Assembly (NCBI GenBank): GCA_951406725.2
Contig: OX597816.1
Location: forward strand, 166,408,001 to 166,472,000
Origin: Octopus vulgaris
Taxonomy: Eukaryota
Direction: 5' to 3'
DNA length: 64,000 nucleotides
The notes under the pieces were generated by a model that was given only the letters and a program-made list of their open reading frames with translations, was not told the DNA's origin and did not search any database. Positions 13,989-26,049 of the stretch are shown in pieces (position 1 is the first letter of the stretch; each line of letters starts with the position of its first letter). The position numbers and the translations under genes were made by a program.

Positions 13989-14364
13989 TATGGTGTAGCG
14001 CTGTTAGTTTTGCGTTCCTCGTGTAAATATTTAAATCAAAGGTCTTCTCTCCGTAAACATCCCATCTTTTTGTTAAGCATATTGTATCAAGAAGTATATT
14101 ATCCAAAATCTATCCCTCCTTTATAGGCGCGGCTGTGTAGCTCAGAAGCTTGATTTCCAACCATGTCGCCTTGGATTCAGTCCCACTGTGCAGCACGTTG
14201 GGTAATTCTCTTTCATTACAGTTCCATGCCGACCAAAGCCTTGTATATTATATAATTGCCATTACTGTACTGATATATAAAATAACACATACAACTCATT
14301 ATTGCCATATAATAAACAAAAAGAAGTTCGTGTATAAAATTGATCTTTTTTCTACTTTAATTAT

Positions 14365-15480
14365 TACGTTTATTTTCTTATGAAATACACACATACAGGA
14401 GGAGTAAATTTCTATATATAATAACACTTTGAATGTGGCTCCCGAGAAAGTCGGGTCTCCCCAACCTCGAGAATCTCTGTTATTTCTTCCAGCTTGGTCT
14501 GCTCGACTTGCATCACAATTCGAAGGCCCTGGCCATGCCAGCTGCGTGGCTCCATTACGGCAGCTTCCAATACGGATATTTTGTCTTCTAGACCGATAGT
14601 AACTGCCGCGACGAGCCACTCAGGGACTACGTCAGGAGGAATATTACTTATCGTAACTCTTGACGTTCTTTTGCCCATATATATGGGCAGAAGTACCACC
14701 TCTTCGGTTTTAAAGGGTCGACTGAATGGAGTCGGGCTGCCTCTTCTGACTCCATTCTTACTTCGACGGTTGCATACCGCCTACCTCTGTTTACGTATTT
14801 TACCAGGTGCTATATAGGCTTTAGACACTTTTCAATTTCACTCTCCACAACGTAGTCTATCTTCTTTATTTTCACCTTGTATGTCTTATAAATGAGAGTT
14901 TTCTTCTCTATATATTGTTGAATATCTTTTGGAGAGGCTACTTTAACTTCATTCCCCTCCTTCGTTAATAATTCCTTGTGTTTTTCTAAGTTGTTCAGGT
15001 TTAGCATTTTCACTTTTGTGCCTGCCGCAGCGGCAAAATCCAATTTTCTCGATTATTTTCTCATTTTTTTTTTCTGCTATTTTTCTTTTGTACATAAACT
15101 TGCAACATAATTTTTTTTTTTTTTTTGACGTCGATGGTCTAGGTGGGGTATTCTCAAATTCTTCTTCTATTAATGTTTTTTCCACATTTCTTTCCACTTC
15201 CTCTTCCCTCAATAACCCTTCTATATTTAGTTTATTCGAGCTTGCCATAATGCAAGCTTCCCCACACGGGAGTAAAACACGCAAAAAAAAAAAAAGAAAT
15301 TCAGAAATAATCCAACAATGGTTTCAACAAGTAACCAAATGGTTTCAACAAACTAACACTATCAAAAGTTCAAAACAATAAAACGCCCACCCCCTCGTAA
15401 ACAGCAAAACATCCAACAATTAACTCAAGACACAACTTGCACGAACTGGTTAGACTTTGGCATCGATCGGTACCGTACAA
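14365..15480 (-). mobile_element. Degenerate ORF1-only element, unit M2
   Basis: ATG at 15248; frameshifted peptides IEKKTLIYKTY and VVLLPIYMGKRTSRVTISNIPP..EWLVAAV align with the 19761 ORF (IEKKTITYKMY; VVLLPTYLGRKTSKVRVEGIPP..AWVAAAV). Confidence 0.85.
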
Positions 15481-15485
15481 GGTGA

Positions 15486-16918
15486 TTTTTTTATTACCTA
15501 CAGGGGGCTATACAAAGAATGGGACAATACAAAACGTGACAAATATAAACTCGGCGAACTTAAAAATTATAAAAAGAAGATGAATTAAGAAGTAAAAATT
15601 GAAAGAAACGAATGAAAATATGAAAGAATATAAATGAGACGCAATGCCCACTCGAACTCCGAAGTCGAGTGGTTACATTTCGACAATTTTTCTCTTTTTC
15701 ATAAATGAATATCACAAAAATTACAATCTAATTTTTCTTTTTAGTCTCTCATATTCCATTATGGGTAGGTGGACTCTTATGCAGCCGACACCATTTCACC
15801 AGTTTTACATTTTTCGCAAATCCCTCCATGAATTTGTCATATCTCTCCTGAGGTATCAAAATACCTCCATCATTTACATCAAAACTGTCTCCCGACAGCC
15901 TCACTCTTACCATTTCCTTCACTTTCGCTATTTTTCTCTCCGCGTCCGCACTTTTTTTTTATATATTACAAAGGCTCCCTCAAATTTATACAGTTCGTTT
16001 TCTGTTTCTTCCTCTTGCATATTCTTAGTTTCAAGTTTCTCCGGAACTTTTCGGTTTGAACGGCAGTTTTTTCTAGCGGCGTCATATGAAACTGTCACCC
16101 ATAATTATGACTCTAGTATCGATCTATTGCATTTCAATCTGTTTTAGGGTTAGGGTTAGGGGTGGGGGGAAGGATATCTTTTTTTCTTCAGAAATGTAAA
16201 TAAACCCAATCTGTTTCTTAAATGAGGGACATATTCATACGGCACAGAATATTTCACCTCAATAGACGTCATTGATTGGTTGAAATTGCAGAAATTGAAG
16301 AAAAAAACAACAAATATCTTACAAACTATAGAATTTTCTCAATAAAACCAAGAGAAAAAGATGTTTTATAAACACATTCTACCAGTATACGAAGTTTAAA
16401 ATTTTTTAGTTACCTGGAATTAATTTTTAAAAACTGTCGTTCAAACCGAAAAGATCCGTTTTTCCTTACCTTTCTTGTTTTCTACTGAGTGTTCCCTTTT
16501 CTTAGACCTCTTTCTTCTTTTGGGGCTAATAACTCCCTCAATCTCTTCCTTTGATTCTTTCACTTCACTTTTCTTCTTCTCTTTATCTTTCTGGGTACGG
16601 TCCTTCTCTATTTTGTCTTCTTCTCTGTTTGTAATTTCTCCTGCATCTGCTCTTTCTTTTGCTCTTTCATTTGTTCCTTTTCCACCGTCTTTTCGCTGTG
16701 TGTGAATTCGTATTAGGGGCACTCGGTCCTTATGGTGTCCTCTCACTCGCATAAGTAGCAATTTGGTTTCCTTCCCTCCACCACCACCACATTCAGCGTC
16801 ATCTCGTCCTCAACCTCAATCTGATAAGGGATTCCTTCGATATCCTCAAATGTAGCGACAAGCCACATTTCAACTCCAAACGCCCACCAGTTCAACATAT
16901 CCGCTTCACCAACTATAC
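15486..16918 (-). mobile_element. Degenerate ORF1-only element, unit M1 (3' half), interrupted by a MITE
   Basis: VVVEGRKPNCYLC..GH knuckle relic, K/E-rich linker, C-terminal block KIAKVKEMVRVRLSGDSF, T-rich UTR and a SINE-like tail. Confidence 0.75.
16043..16457 (+). mobile_element. Monomeric Merlin-like MITE of the same family as 9158-9973
   Basis: GGAACTTTTCGGTTTGAACGGCAG...AAACCGAAAAGATCC termini, 8-bp TSD GTTT(C/T)TCC; GG..CC ends with an 8-bp TSD suggest Merlin. Confidence 0.85.
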
Positions 16919-16919
16919 A

Positions 16920-18120
16920 ATGGTAGAAAGAAAGAGGAATAATGTGGAATCTCCATCTAAAAGCCCAAAGAAGAAAAGAAAGGCACAGGAGAACAAGAAC
17001 GAGAAGAGAAGGAATGAGGAGCCAAGTGCGGAACGAACACAAAGACCGTTGCATTCAACTAGTAAGGAGGAGGGAGGACGGAAGAAGAGGAGACATGAAA
17101 GTGAGAAGGAAAGACAAACAGAGACGGGAATGCCAGCAACAGAAGAGGAAGAGAGTGGTGAGGAACAGCAGAGAGAGCCACCGAAGGAGAAATATGAAAG
17201 AACTGTGATATTCTTTCTTTTACTTCTTTCAGTCAAGCGACTGTAGCCATGCTGGAGCACCGCCTTTAGTCGAGCAAATCGACCCCAGGACTTATTCTTT
17301 GTAAGCCTAGTACTTATTCTATCGGTCTCTTTTGCCGAACCGCTAAGTTACGGAGACATAAACTCACCAGCATCGGTTGTCAAGCGATGTTGGGGGAGGG
17401 GACAAACACAGACACACAAACATATACACACACATACATATATATATATACATATATATACGATGGGCTTCTTTCAGTTTCCGTCTACCAAATCCACTCA
17501 CAAGGCTTTGGTCGGCCCGAGGCTATAGTAGAAGATACTTGCCCAAGGTACCACGCAGTGGGACTGAACACGGAACCATGCGGTTCGTAAGCAAGTTACT
17601 TACCGTAACGCCACTCATACGCCTATGAGTGGCATATGTTACAAAAAAAAAGTGTAAAGATAGAAAAGAAAATTTCAAAAATGAAACATGTCATAAGGGT
17701 TAAAGTGGCTGACAGTGAGTACAATCGAGATGAGAAAGCGGTGCTGTTGGAGGAAGAAAAAACAAGAAGGTTGCAGGAAATATTTGGCGACAGGATAGTG
17801 ATAACAGGAATTCGATTTCGTTACGATGAATTGCCACCAGTGATAATATTTGACGATTTGGTGAAACATATGGTGTGATATTGTGACGATCTTTAAACAA
17901 AAGGAAAACTAACAAGATATAAGACTGATAAGTACACGCTTTATTTAAAAACAGTAAAATTAAACTACTTGTTTATGGTGGCAAGCAAGTCATTCCATCT
18001 TCATTTTCATTTATATTCATAATCCATTCGTTATATGTTATTATGAACCCCAATGTATAGTTTTGTCTGTCTTTTGTGTTGTCCCTTCTCTATGAGGCCT
18101 TGTGCCTAATTGAAGAAATA
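16920..18120 (+). mobile_element. Degenerate ORF1-only element, unit P1 (3' half), interrupted by a SINE
   Basis: charged linker 16920-17210; C-terminal block KISKMKHVIRVKVADSEY (17636-17878) similar to unit M1; tail ending GGCCTTGTGCCTAATTGAAGAAATA. Confidence 0.7.
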
Positions 18121-18122
18121 AG

Positions 18123-18707
18123 GACGTTGGTGTTGTCAGTGTTTTATTTAATTAGTGAGTTGGAAGTGCATATGCTCCTTGTGAGTACCGTTTTGTTAAA
18201 CTGTTATTTGTTGAATTGTTGTTGAACTTGTTGTTACGGTATTTTAATTTGCTTCCCCATTTATGGGTGAAGTGGTGAATAATATGGAAAGTACACCAGT
18301 GCAAGCGCGCAGTTATGAAAAAGCCAGTCAGTGGAGGGACTGCAAGTTACAGAAATTAAATTACAGGAGAAAAACTTCAAAAATACAATGATTTATTAAG
18401 AAAGGAATGAGGAGCCAAGTGAGGAACGAACACAAAGACCGTTGCATTCTTAATTTCTCTGAGGTACTCCTCGACCGCCTCCACCGCTGCTATTTCCACC
18501 TTTTTTGTTTCAATTTTCAATGTTCTATACACAATTGTTACAGGAGTGGCTGTGTGGTAAGTAGCTTGCTAACCAACCACATAGTTCCGGGTTCAGTCCC
18601 ACTGCGTGGCATCTTGGGCAAGTGTCTTCTGCTATAGATCCGGGCCGACCAATGCCTTGTGAGTGGATTTGGTAGACAGAAACTGAAAGAAGCCTGTCGT
18701 ATATATG

Positions 18708-18802
<95 letters not shown>

Positions 18803-19540
18803 TTGTGTGTCTGTTCCCCTAGCATTGCTTGACAACCGATGCTGGTGTGTTTACGTCCCCGTAACTTAGCGGCTCGGCAAAAAGAGACCGATAGAATAAG
18901 CACTGAGCTTTCAAAAAGAATAAGTCCCGGGGTCGAGTTGCTCGACTAAAGGCAGTGCTCCAGCATGGCCGCAGTCAAATGACTGAAACAAGTAAAAGAG
19001 TAAAAAGAGTAAAGGGTAAGAGTAAAGGAGGAAGATAGCCTGAGGTTGACGCCCCCCAAAGAAGTAACAGAAAGAACGGAGAAGGTAACAATTGTGTATA
19101 GAACATTGAAAATTGAAGCAAAAAAAGGTGGAAATATCAGCGGTGAAGGCGGTCGAGGAGTACTTCAGAGAAATTAAGAACGTAATGACGTTCTACACCA
19201 GAGGAAGGAAATACGGCACAGTGGAGGTACGCTTCGTGAATGAAGAAGCGAGGAAATACTCCACTGTGCCTTTGAAGTCAGCAGAGTGGGCGCTGCTACC
19301 GACTTACTGTGGCAAACGTGCGGCCAGAGTAAGAATAGGTAGTGTTTCCCCCAGAAATTGATGAGGCGTGGCTGGTAGCAGCCATGCTCTTCAACACAGA
19401 GGAAGACACGATGTTCATTTTCATGTGTCATTCATTATATCATATTTTATTTTTATATTTTTAATTGTTTTATGTCCCCACATGTGTTGTAGTGTTTCCC
19501 TCTGTGCAATGCCTTTATAGCAATTTAAAAGAAATAAAGA
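18123..19540 (+). mobile_element. Degenerate ORF1-only element, unit P2, interrupted by a SINE
   Basis: GT-rich leader and ATG at 18284; relic RGRKYGTVEVRF...LLPTYCGKRAARVRIG...AWLVAAM at 19030-19415; tail ending AAAGAAATA. Confidence 0.75.
18540..19025 (+). mobile_element. SINE family B (tRNA-derived, CORE-like CTTGGGCAAGT, internal (TA)n(TG)n, AAGAGT tail)
   Basis: TGGCTGTGTGG and GGTTCAGTCCC boxes; copies at 13325-13645, 17211-17605, 23603-24015, 50798-51363, 55137-55536, 63048-63545 and others. Confidence 0.9.
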
Positions 19541-19760
19541 AGCTTGCGTCGGTCTATTCGTTGTGTTGATTTTTGACGAGACAGACGGAATTTTTTGAGC
19601 TGCTGGTCAGCGGTTTGTCGGTGCGAGTTGTACTGGTGGAAAGGAATGTATTCGGACCTTAGCGAGTATGAACTGTCCTCGGCGGAGGAGGAGCTCGTTA
19701 AGGCGGTAAATAGAATGGACGAGCATTTGGAAAGAGCAAAGTTTTGCTGAGGCTACAGAG

Positions 19761-20681
19761 GTGAAGAAAAGAGAGGTGGACCTTGCCGGACTAACACAGA
19801 AGGTGGGCAGTGACGTAACGTTATTACCTCCGAAAAGGGTCATGGAAAATATAGAAAAGAAGACTATTACCTACAAGATGTACTCAGTGGAGAGTAAGTC
19901 GGTGGAGCGGATGGAGATAGAAAAGGTAGAAAAAGCATTGAAGGGGTTTTCGAAGGAAGTGACATACATAGCGAAAGGAAATGGATATGGGACGGTAGTT
20001 GTCCAGTTTAGGACAGCGAAGGAGGCAAAGTGGCTGGCGAGTACAACGGTGAGAACGGAGGAAGTAGTACTTCTACCCACGTACCTTGGAAGAAAGACTT
20101 CTAAGGTGAGGGTAGAAGGAATCCCACCCGTTATAGAAGTGGCTTGGGTTGCGGCAGCCGTCCTCGTTGGTAGTGAAGAGGAGGTGGCTGTCCTCCAAGC
20201 TATTGAGACAGAGGAAGGAGGATATAGAGGAAATACATTGGAAATCATCATACAAGTGGAGGTGAAGCAACTGGAAAATTTGGTGAAGACGGTGACGTTG
20301 GGAGAAATAGTATTGAGAGTATGGGTAGAGGGCAGAGTTCCGCGATGCTTTAAATGTGGCCAAAAAGGCCACATTAGAGCTCACTGCCCTCTACAGAAGA
20401 AAACGACAGAAGAAGCGGTGCTGGAGACGGAGGAGAAAAAGAAAGAAGTACAGAAAGATGGAAGGAATAAGGAGGATGAATGGACAGTGACAGAGAATAA
20501 AAGGAAAAAGAGAAACAAGAGGAAGAACAGTCAGTGTGATGTGGGACCCCAGACCAACTCCATCCCACCCAAGACCACTCAGATCCACCCTACCCATACA
20601 CACACCAAACTCACCCACTCCCTCTCCCCACAGGAAAAAAGATTAGACACCACAAAATTTACAAGACCCTTCCCCCGCTGA
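19761..20681 (+). mobile_element. Non-LTR ORF1/gag-like ORF (RRM-like region, CCHC zinc knuckle, charged linker); unit P3 of the ORF1-only cluster
   Basis: VEGRVPRCFKCGQKGHIRAHC knuckle, YGTVVVQF and VRVEGIPP RRM-like strands; no RT downstream. Confidence 0.85.
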
Positions 20682-21629
20682 TAAAGGTTACGTGTACATG
20701 TAACTCAGTGATGAGGAAAGCGGCAAAAGAAAGACTAGATCAAAGACTAGAGGGGACTCGGGACTCAAGAGGTGGCGGTTGGTGTTACTCAGTGTGGGGT
20801 GAGTAACACACTTTTCATATTCTCATTTCTCAGTTATCATTCATGTATCAGTACAACCTGAATATAATTTTTTCCTCTATACTTTTATTTATATTTTTAG
20901 TTCCGATTTTTTTTGGGGTGGGGGTAGTCGATCAGATAGAACTCAGTACGCAACTGGTACTTAATTTATCGATCTCGAAAGGATGAAAGGCAAAGTCGGA
21001 ATTTGAACTCAGAACGTAAAGGCAGATGAAACATCGCTAAGTATTTCGCCCGGCGTGCTAACGTTTCTCCCAGCTCGCTGCCTTAAGAAAGAAATATAAA
21101 TATTCTTTTCTACTCTAGGCACAAGGCCCGAAATTTTGGGGGAAGAGGCAAGTCGATTAGATCGACTCAGTACGCAACTGGTACTTAATTTATCGACCCC
21201 GAAAGAATGAAAGGCAAAGTCGACCTCGGCGGAATTTGAACTCAGAACGTAGCGGCAGACGAAATACTGCTAAGCATTTCGCTCGGCGTGCTAACGTTTC
21301 TTATTTCTTTATTGCCCACAAGGGGTTAAACATAGAGGGGACAAACAAGGAGAGACAAAGGGACTAAGTCGATTACATCGACCCCAGTGCGTAACTGGAA
21401 CTTATTTAATCGACCCCGAAAAGATGAAAGACAAAGTCGACCTCGTCGGAATTTGAACTCAGAACGTAAAGACGGATGATACACTGCTAAGCATTTCGGC
21501 TAGCGTGCTAACGTTTCTGCCAGCTCGCTGCCTTTAGAGAGAAGGCAAGATTGATAGATGAAAAAACTTAGAGAAAACTGAAAATTTGAATTTATGTTTT
21601 ATTCTATTGTGTTGTAATATCGGTACCGC

Positions 21630-21832
21630 TTAAGAAGAGTGGTCCCGGTGCGCGCACTCGCGCAAGCTAGTCGTGACTAGTCGATCCTTACTTTGCGTTT
21701 TTGTGTTTTATTTACTATGTTTAAAAAAAATTATTTACTTTGCTAGGTAGTCGTTGTAAGATCGACTAGTCACGACTAGCTAGCGCGGATGCGCGAGTAC
21801 GCGAATGCGCGCACCGGGACCACTCTTCTTAA
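21630..21832. mobile_element. CpG-rich MITE with TTAA flanks (Kolobok-like); an inverted partial copy at about 23553-24140 is split by a SINE
   Basis: TTAA-GAAGAGTGGTCCCGGTGCGCGCA ... TGCGCGCACCGGGACCACTCTTC-TTAA. Confidence 0.75.
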
Positions 21833-22696
21833 GTGTTACCTTAATATCTTCATTAACACCGCCACTGAATTTAAGACGTTTATATGAAGTACTTCTTTAT
21901 TCCTTCACGGTGTTTACGTTTTACAAAATTAAACTAAAAAATTTTAAAGAAAAAAAAGAAAAAGAAAAAAGAAAACAATTCACCACCTTGGGCTGAAAAC
22001 TTGGGGGCGCTGGAAAATTTGAATATTTCTGATTGAAAAAAAATATAAAGAAATATATTCATTGTATCTTATTATTTGCCATTATTTCTCTCAGTGGAAA
22101 TAGTAAAAATCTGGAGTTGACGAAGAAGCTTCAACTAACTAGAAATAGCAGCTAAATCTCCCTTAAATCATACCCTTTTCTCTTAAGAGAATAGGAAAAG
22201 ACGTGTTAGATAATGTAGTCCTAGATCCCTCCATAAAAAGATGGAGTGGCCATAACTGGAATGGCTTTGATCATATGAGCTCTGTCAATGATGATGTGGA
22301 ACTAAACAAGTCGGAATGCTTTAATCTCTCCTTAGAGCGCCTCATTTATGTGCGGTGTAAGGGGAAACTAGTTCCTGTCTGAATATTACCCACATTAAGT
22401 CTCCAACTTACAATTCTTTCAATAACATCTGTACAAATAAAAATTAATTCTTGTTTACGATGATGAAAACCGTTTGTTACAGCTGTAATTTCCAATGTAG
22501 AGATAGTTTATAGTAAAGATGTTATTGTTTTGTGGGTGGAGAACAGTATATATAAGGAATCTTAACTTCAGTCGCTTAATTTACAAGAAATAGCAACCGA
22601 ATCTCCTTTAAATGACACCTTTTAAACATTCGAACGACGATCTAACGAGGAGCCCTCCACGCGGTGATTCGTCCTTGTGGTAATAACAAAATCTCT

Positions 22697-23126
22697 GGTG
22701 ATCTTTCGTCTCTAGTAGACCTTTCCGTCGATTTCCGTAAAAATTTTTTTTTTTTTTACATATGGGCTTGCGGGAACTTTTGAAGTAATATACATACATA
22801 TACACATACACCGAGTAAAAAATTTCAGTTATCTCTCTCTTTCACACATTACTCTCTCTGTCTCTTCACACATACTAATAGAAGCACTTCACTTACACAA
22901 CATACTGTCTGTCTCCCACACCCCATCAAAACACACACACACACACATGTACATCAATGCTTCCCATGCACGGTAACTTCAAAAGAATTTCCCTCGTCAT
23001 ACAATCGCTTTCTCTTAGTCTCTTTCGCTCTCATTACTTCAAAAGTTCCCGCAAGCCCATATGTAAAAAAAAAAAAAATTTTTTACGGAAATCGACGGAA
23101 AGGTCTACTAGAGACGAAAGATTGCC
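22697..23126. mobile_element. Second Merlin-like MITE with about 90-bp TIRs
   Basis: GG..CC termini, 8-bp TSD AAATCTCT on both sides. Confidence 0.85.
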
Positions 23127-24757
23127 AAATCTCTCGCAATTAAAAAATGAATTGTCACACGATGGCAGGTCTACTGAGGTAAATGACCTCATCAACAACG
23201 AGAGACTGTTTACTTAAATGAATAGCGGGATTATGTTTCACCAACTTAAATACTACCTTCTACTTGACATTTCTCAGGTTCTTGTCGGTCAACATTAATG
23301 GTCTTTTTTTTTTTTTGTATTCTTAAAGTTCTCGAATCTGTACAAAACGGTACCACATAAAAATGGCTTGCTGGTATCCACGAACGTCTCCGAAAAATTC
23401 AGTCAGGTATTGTTTTATTGTTTATAAAATAAACCGTGGTAAGAAACTGGCTTCCCAGCAACATGGTACAGGGTTCAGCCTCACTGCGTGACACCTTGGG
23501 TGTATTCTACTTATATACTCGGGCCGACCAAAGCCTTGTGAGTGGATTTGGACGACCTAGCAAAGTAAATAAAACACAAAATAAATAATTTTTTTACACA
23601 AAAGGCGCAGGAGTGGCTGTGTGGTAAGTAGATTGTTTACCAACAACATGGTTCCGGGTTCAGTCCCACTGTGTGGCACCTTAGGCAAGTGTCTCCTACT
23701 ATAGCCTCGGGCTGACCAAAGCCTTGCGAGTGGATTTGGTAGACGGAAACTGAAAGAAGCCCGTCGTATATATGTATATATATGTATGTGCGTGTATGTT
23801 TGTGTGTCTGTGTTTGTCCCCCTAGCATTGCTTGACAACGGATGCTGGTGTGTTTATGTCCCCGTCACTTAGCGGTTCGGCAAAAGAGACCGATAGAATA
23901 AGTACCGGGCTTACAAAGAATAAGTCCCGGGGTCGATTTGCTCGATTAAAGGCGGTGCTCCAGCATGGCCGCAGTCAAAATGACTGAAACAAGTAAAAAG
24001 AAGAAAAAAGAGAAAGTAAATAATTTTTGTTAAACAAAGTAAATAACACACAAAAACACAAAGTAAGGATCGACTAGTCATGACTAGCTGGCGCGGATGC
24101 GCGAGTACGCGAGAGCGCGCACCGGGACCACTGTTCTCAATTACTACCGGAAAACCCTTTCTTCACAACAGATTCCGATATAATTGGAAAATATATCATC
24201 TGAAGCGCGTTGGTAGAAAATTGCATTTAAAAATACCCACTTTTTCTGTAAGTTATGAGGAAACAAAGCCGTGTGGGCGGCGGATGGAGGGAAGGAGGTA
24301 GATATATGTAGGTAGGCCAAACGTTCAACAGCTTTTCGTCTGTTCCCACGTTCTGAGTTCAAATCCTGCCGAAGTCGTCTTTACCTTTCATTCTTTCGGA
24401 GTCGATAAAAATACGTATGAGTCGAGTACTGGGGACTCGATGAAATAGACTAGCCCCTTCCCCAAGAATTTCAAGCATTGTGCCTATAGTAGAAAGGACT
24501 ATTATTAGAGGCGACGGGCTGACAAAATCGTTAGAAGGCCGGATAAAATGTTTGTGATATTTCGTCCGTCTTCACGATCCGGGTTCAAATTCTGCCGAGG
24601 TCGATGAAGTAGGTACCAGTTGAACACTGCAGGCGATGTAATCGACTAGCCCCCACCCCCTTTGTATTTATAAGCACAAGGCCTGAGAATTTATGGGAGG
24701 GGTCTAGTCGATTACATCAACCCCAATGTTCAACAGGTACATATTTTATCGACCAGT

Positions 24758-25136
24758 GGAGGCGCAATGGCCCAGTGGTTAGGGCAGCGGACTCGCGGTC
24801 ATAGGATCGCGGTTTCGATTCCCAGACCGGGTGTTGTGAGTGTTTATTGAGCGAAAACACCTAAAACTCCACGAGGCTCCGGCAGGGGATGGTAGTGATC
24901 CCTGCTGTACTCTTTCACCACAACTTTCTCTCACTCTTACTTCCTGTTTCTGTTGTACATGTATTTCTAAGGGCCGGCCTTGTCACTCTCTGTGTCACGC
25001 TGAATATCCCCGAGAACTACGTTAAGGGTACACGTGTCTGTGGAGTGCTCAGCCACACGTTAATTTCACGAGCAGGCTGTTCCGTTGATTCGGATCAACC
25101 GGAACCCTCGTCGTCGTAACCGACGGAGTGCTTCCA
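24758..25136 (+). mobile_element. SINE family C (tRNA-derived), nested in a family A copy
   Basis: TGGCCCAGTGG A box and GTTTCGATTCC B box; TSD ATTTTATCGACC; copies at 4547-4926, 37620-37909, 45432-45809 (TSD ACATTAAAAT) and 50000-50217. Confidence 0.9.
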
Positions 25137-26049
25137 AAAAAAAAATTTTATCGACCCCGAAAGGATGAAATGCAAAAAGTCCGGCCGGTTAAACTCCAGT
25201 TTCTGACCCGGGCAGTTTCGACCTCGGGCGAATTTGAACTCAGAACATAAAGACAGGCGAAATGCCGCAGAGTATTTTATCCGGTGTATTAACGAATCTG
25301 CGAAAAATATAATTAGTGAAGAGAGACATCACAGACTCCCAACATAACGAGAGCCATATGAATGAATGGTGTGGTTCGCACTTAATGCCCGACTGGACCG
25401 CAGATCACATCCGTTTGCTCCGCACCCCTGCTTTTTTTTTTTTTATTAATTAACACAAAATAACTTTTATTTTCGACATGATTTAAAAAAAGAAAAAAAC
25501 ATTGTTTACCGCTCAACAAATTATTTCACAATTTTTAAATCTGATCAATTTTATAACAGTTTATGTATATTTTCGATCAAATTTAAAAAAAAAAAAAAGT
25601 CGAACACGACTTGAGATCATTATTAAAATTTTAGAGGAATGAAATAAAAAAAATGTTAATTAGAATTTTGAATTAAAAAATATTTTGGTATCTAAGTGGA
25701 AGTTCTCCTTCCTTTAATTACACTCCGTGGCCCTACTGCGGCCCTTAAATTAACACTGTCAACTAGAACAAATATGTATACTGTCTATTGATGTATATAA
25801 TAAGTATGTGACCTTAAAAGTAATTATACTTTATATATTTATTTTGTATGGATGTTGTCCTCATGTAAGAAATTTTATTTAATTATATTATTATATATCG
25901 AAGATGGAAAATAATCGCCTTTTTACGGTTGTATTACTATTTTAGTGTCAAAACAAATATTTTCTTCTTGTCGGTTTCACTTGTTAACTCGTCGTGTTCA
26001 TAATATTAATAATTCCTATATTGATTACCGTTAAAACTCTCGCCAAATC

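Noticed and set aside
24758-24830. tRNA gene
   Set aside because: A and B boxes are present but this is the head of multi-copy SINE-C; no full cloverleaf or terminator
25415-25745. CACCCCTG and TGCGGCCC motifs as the left end of the hAT element
   Set aside because: The CAGGGG-like end points away from the ORF and no partner TIR or TSD was found downstream
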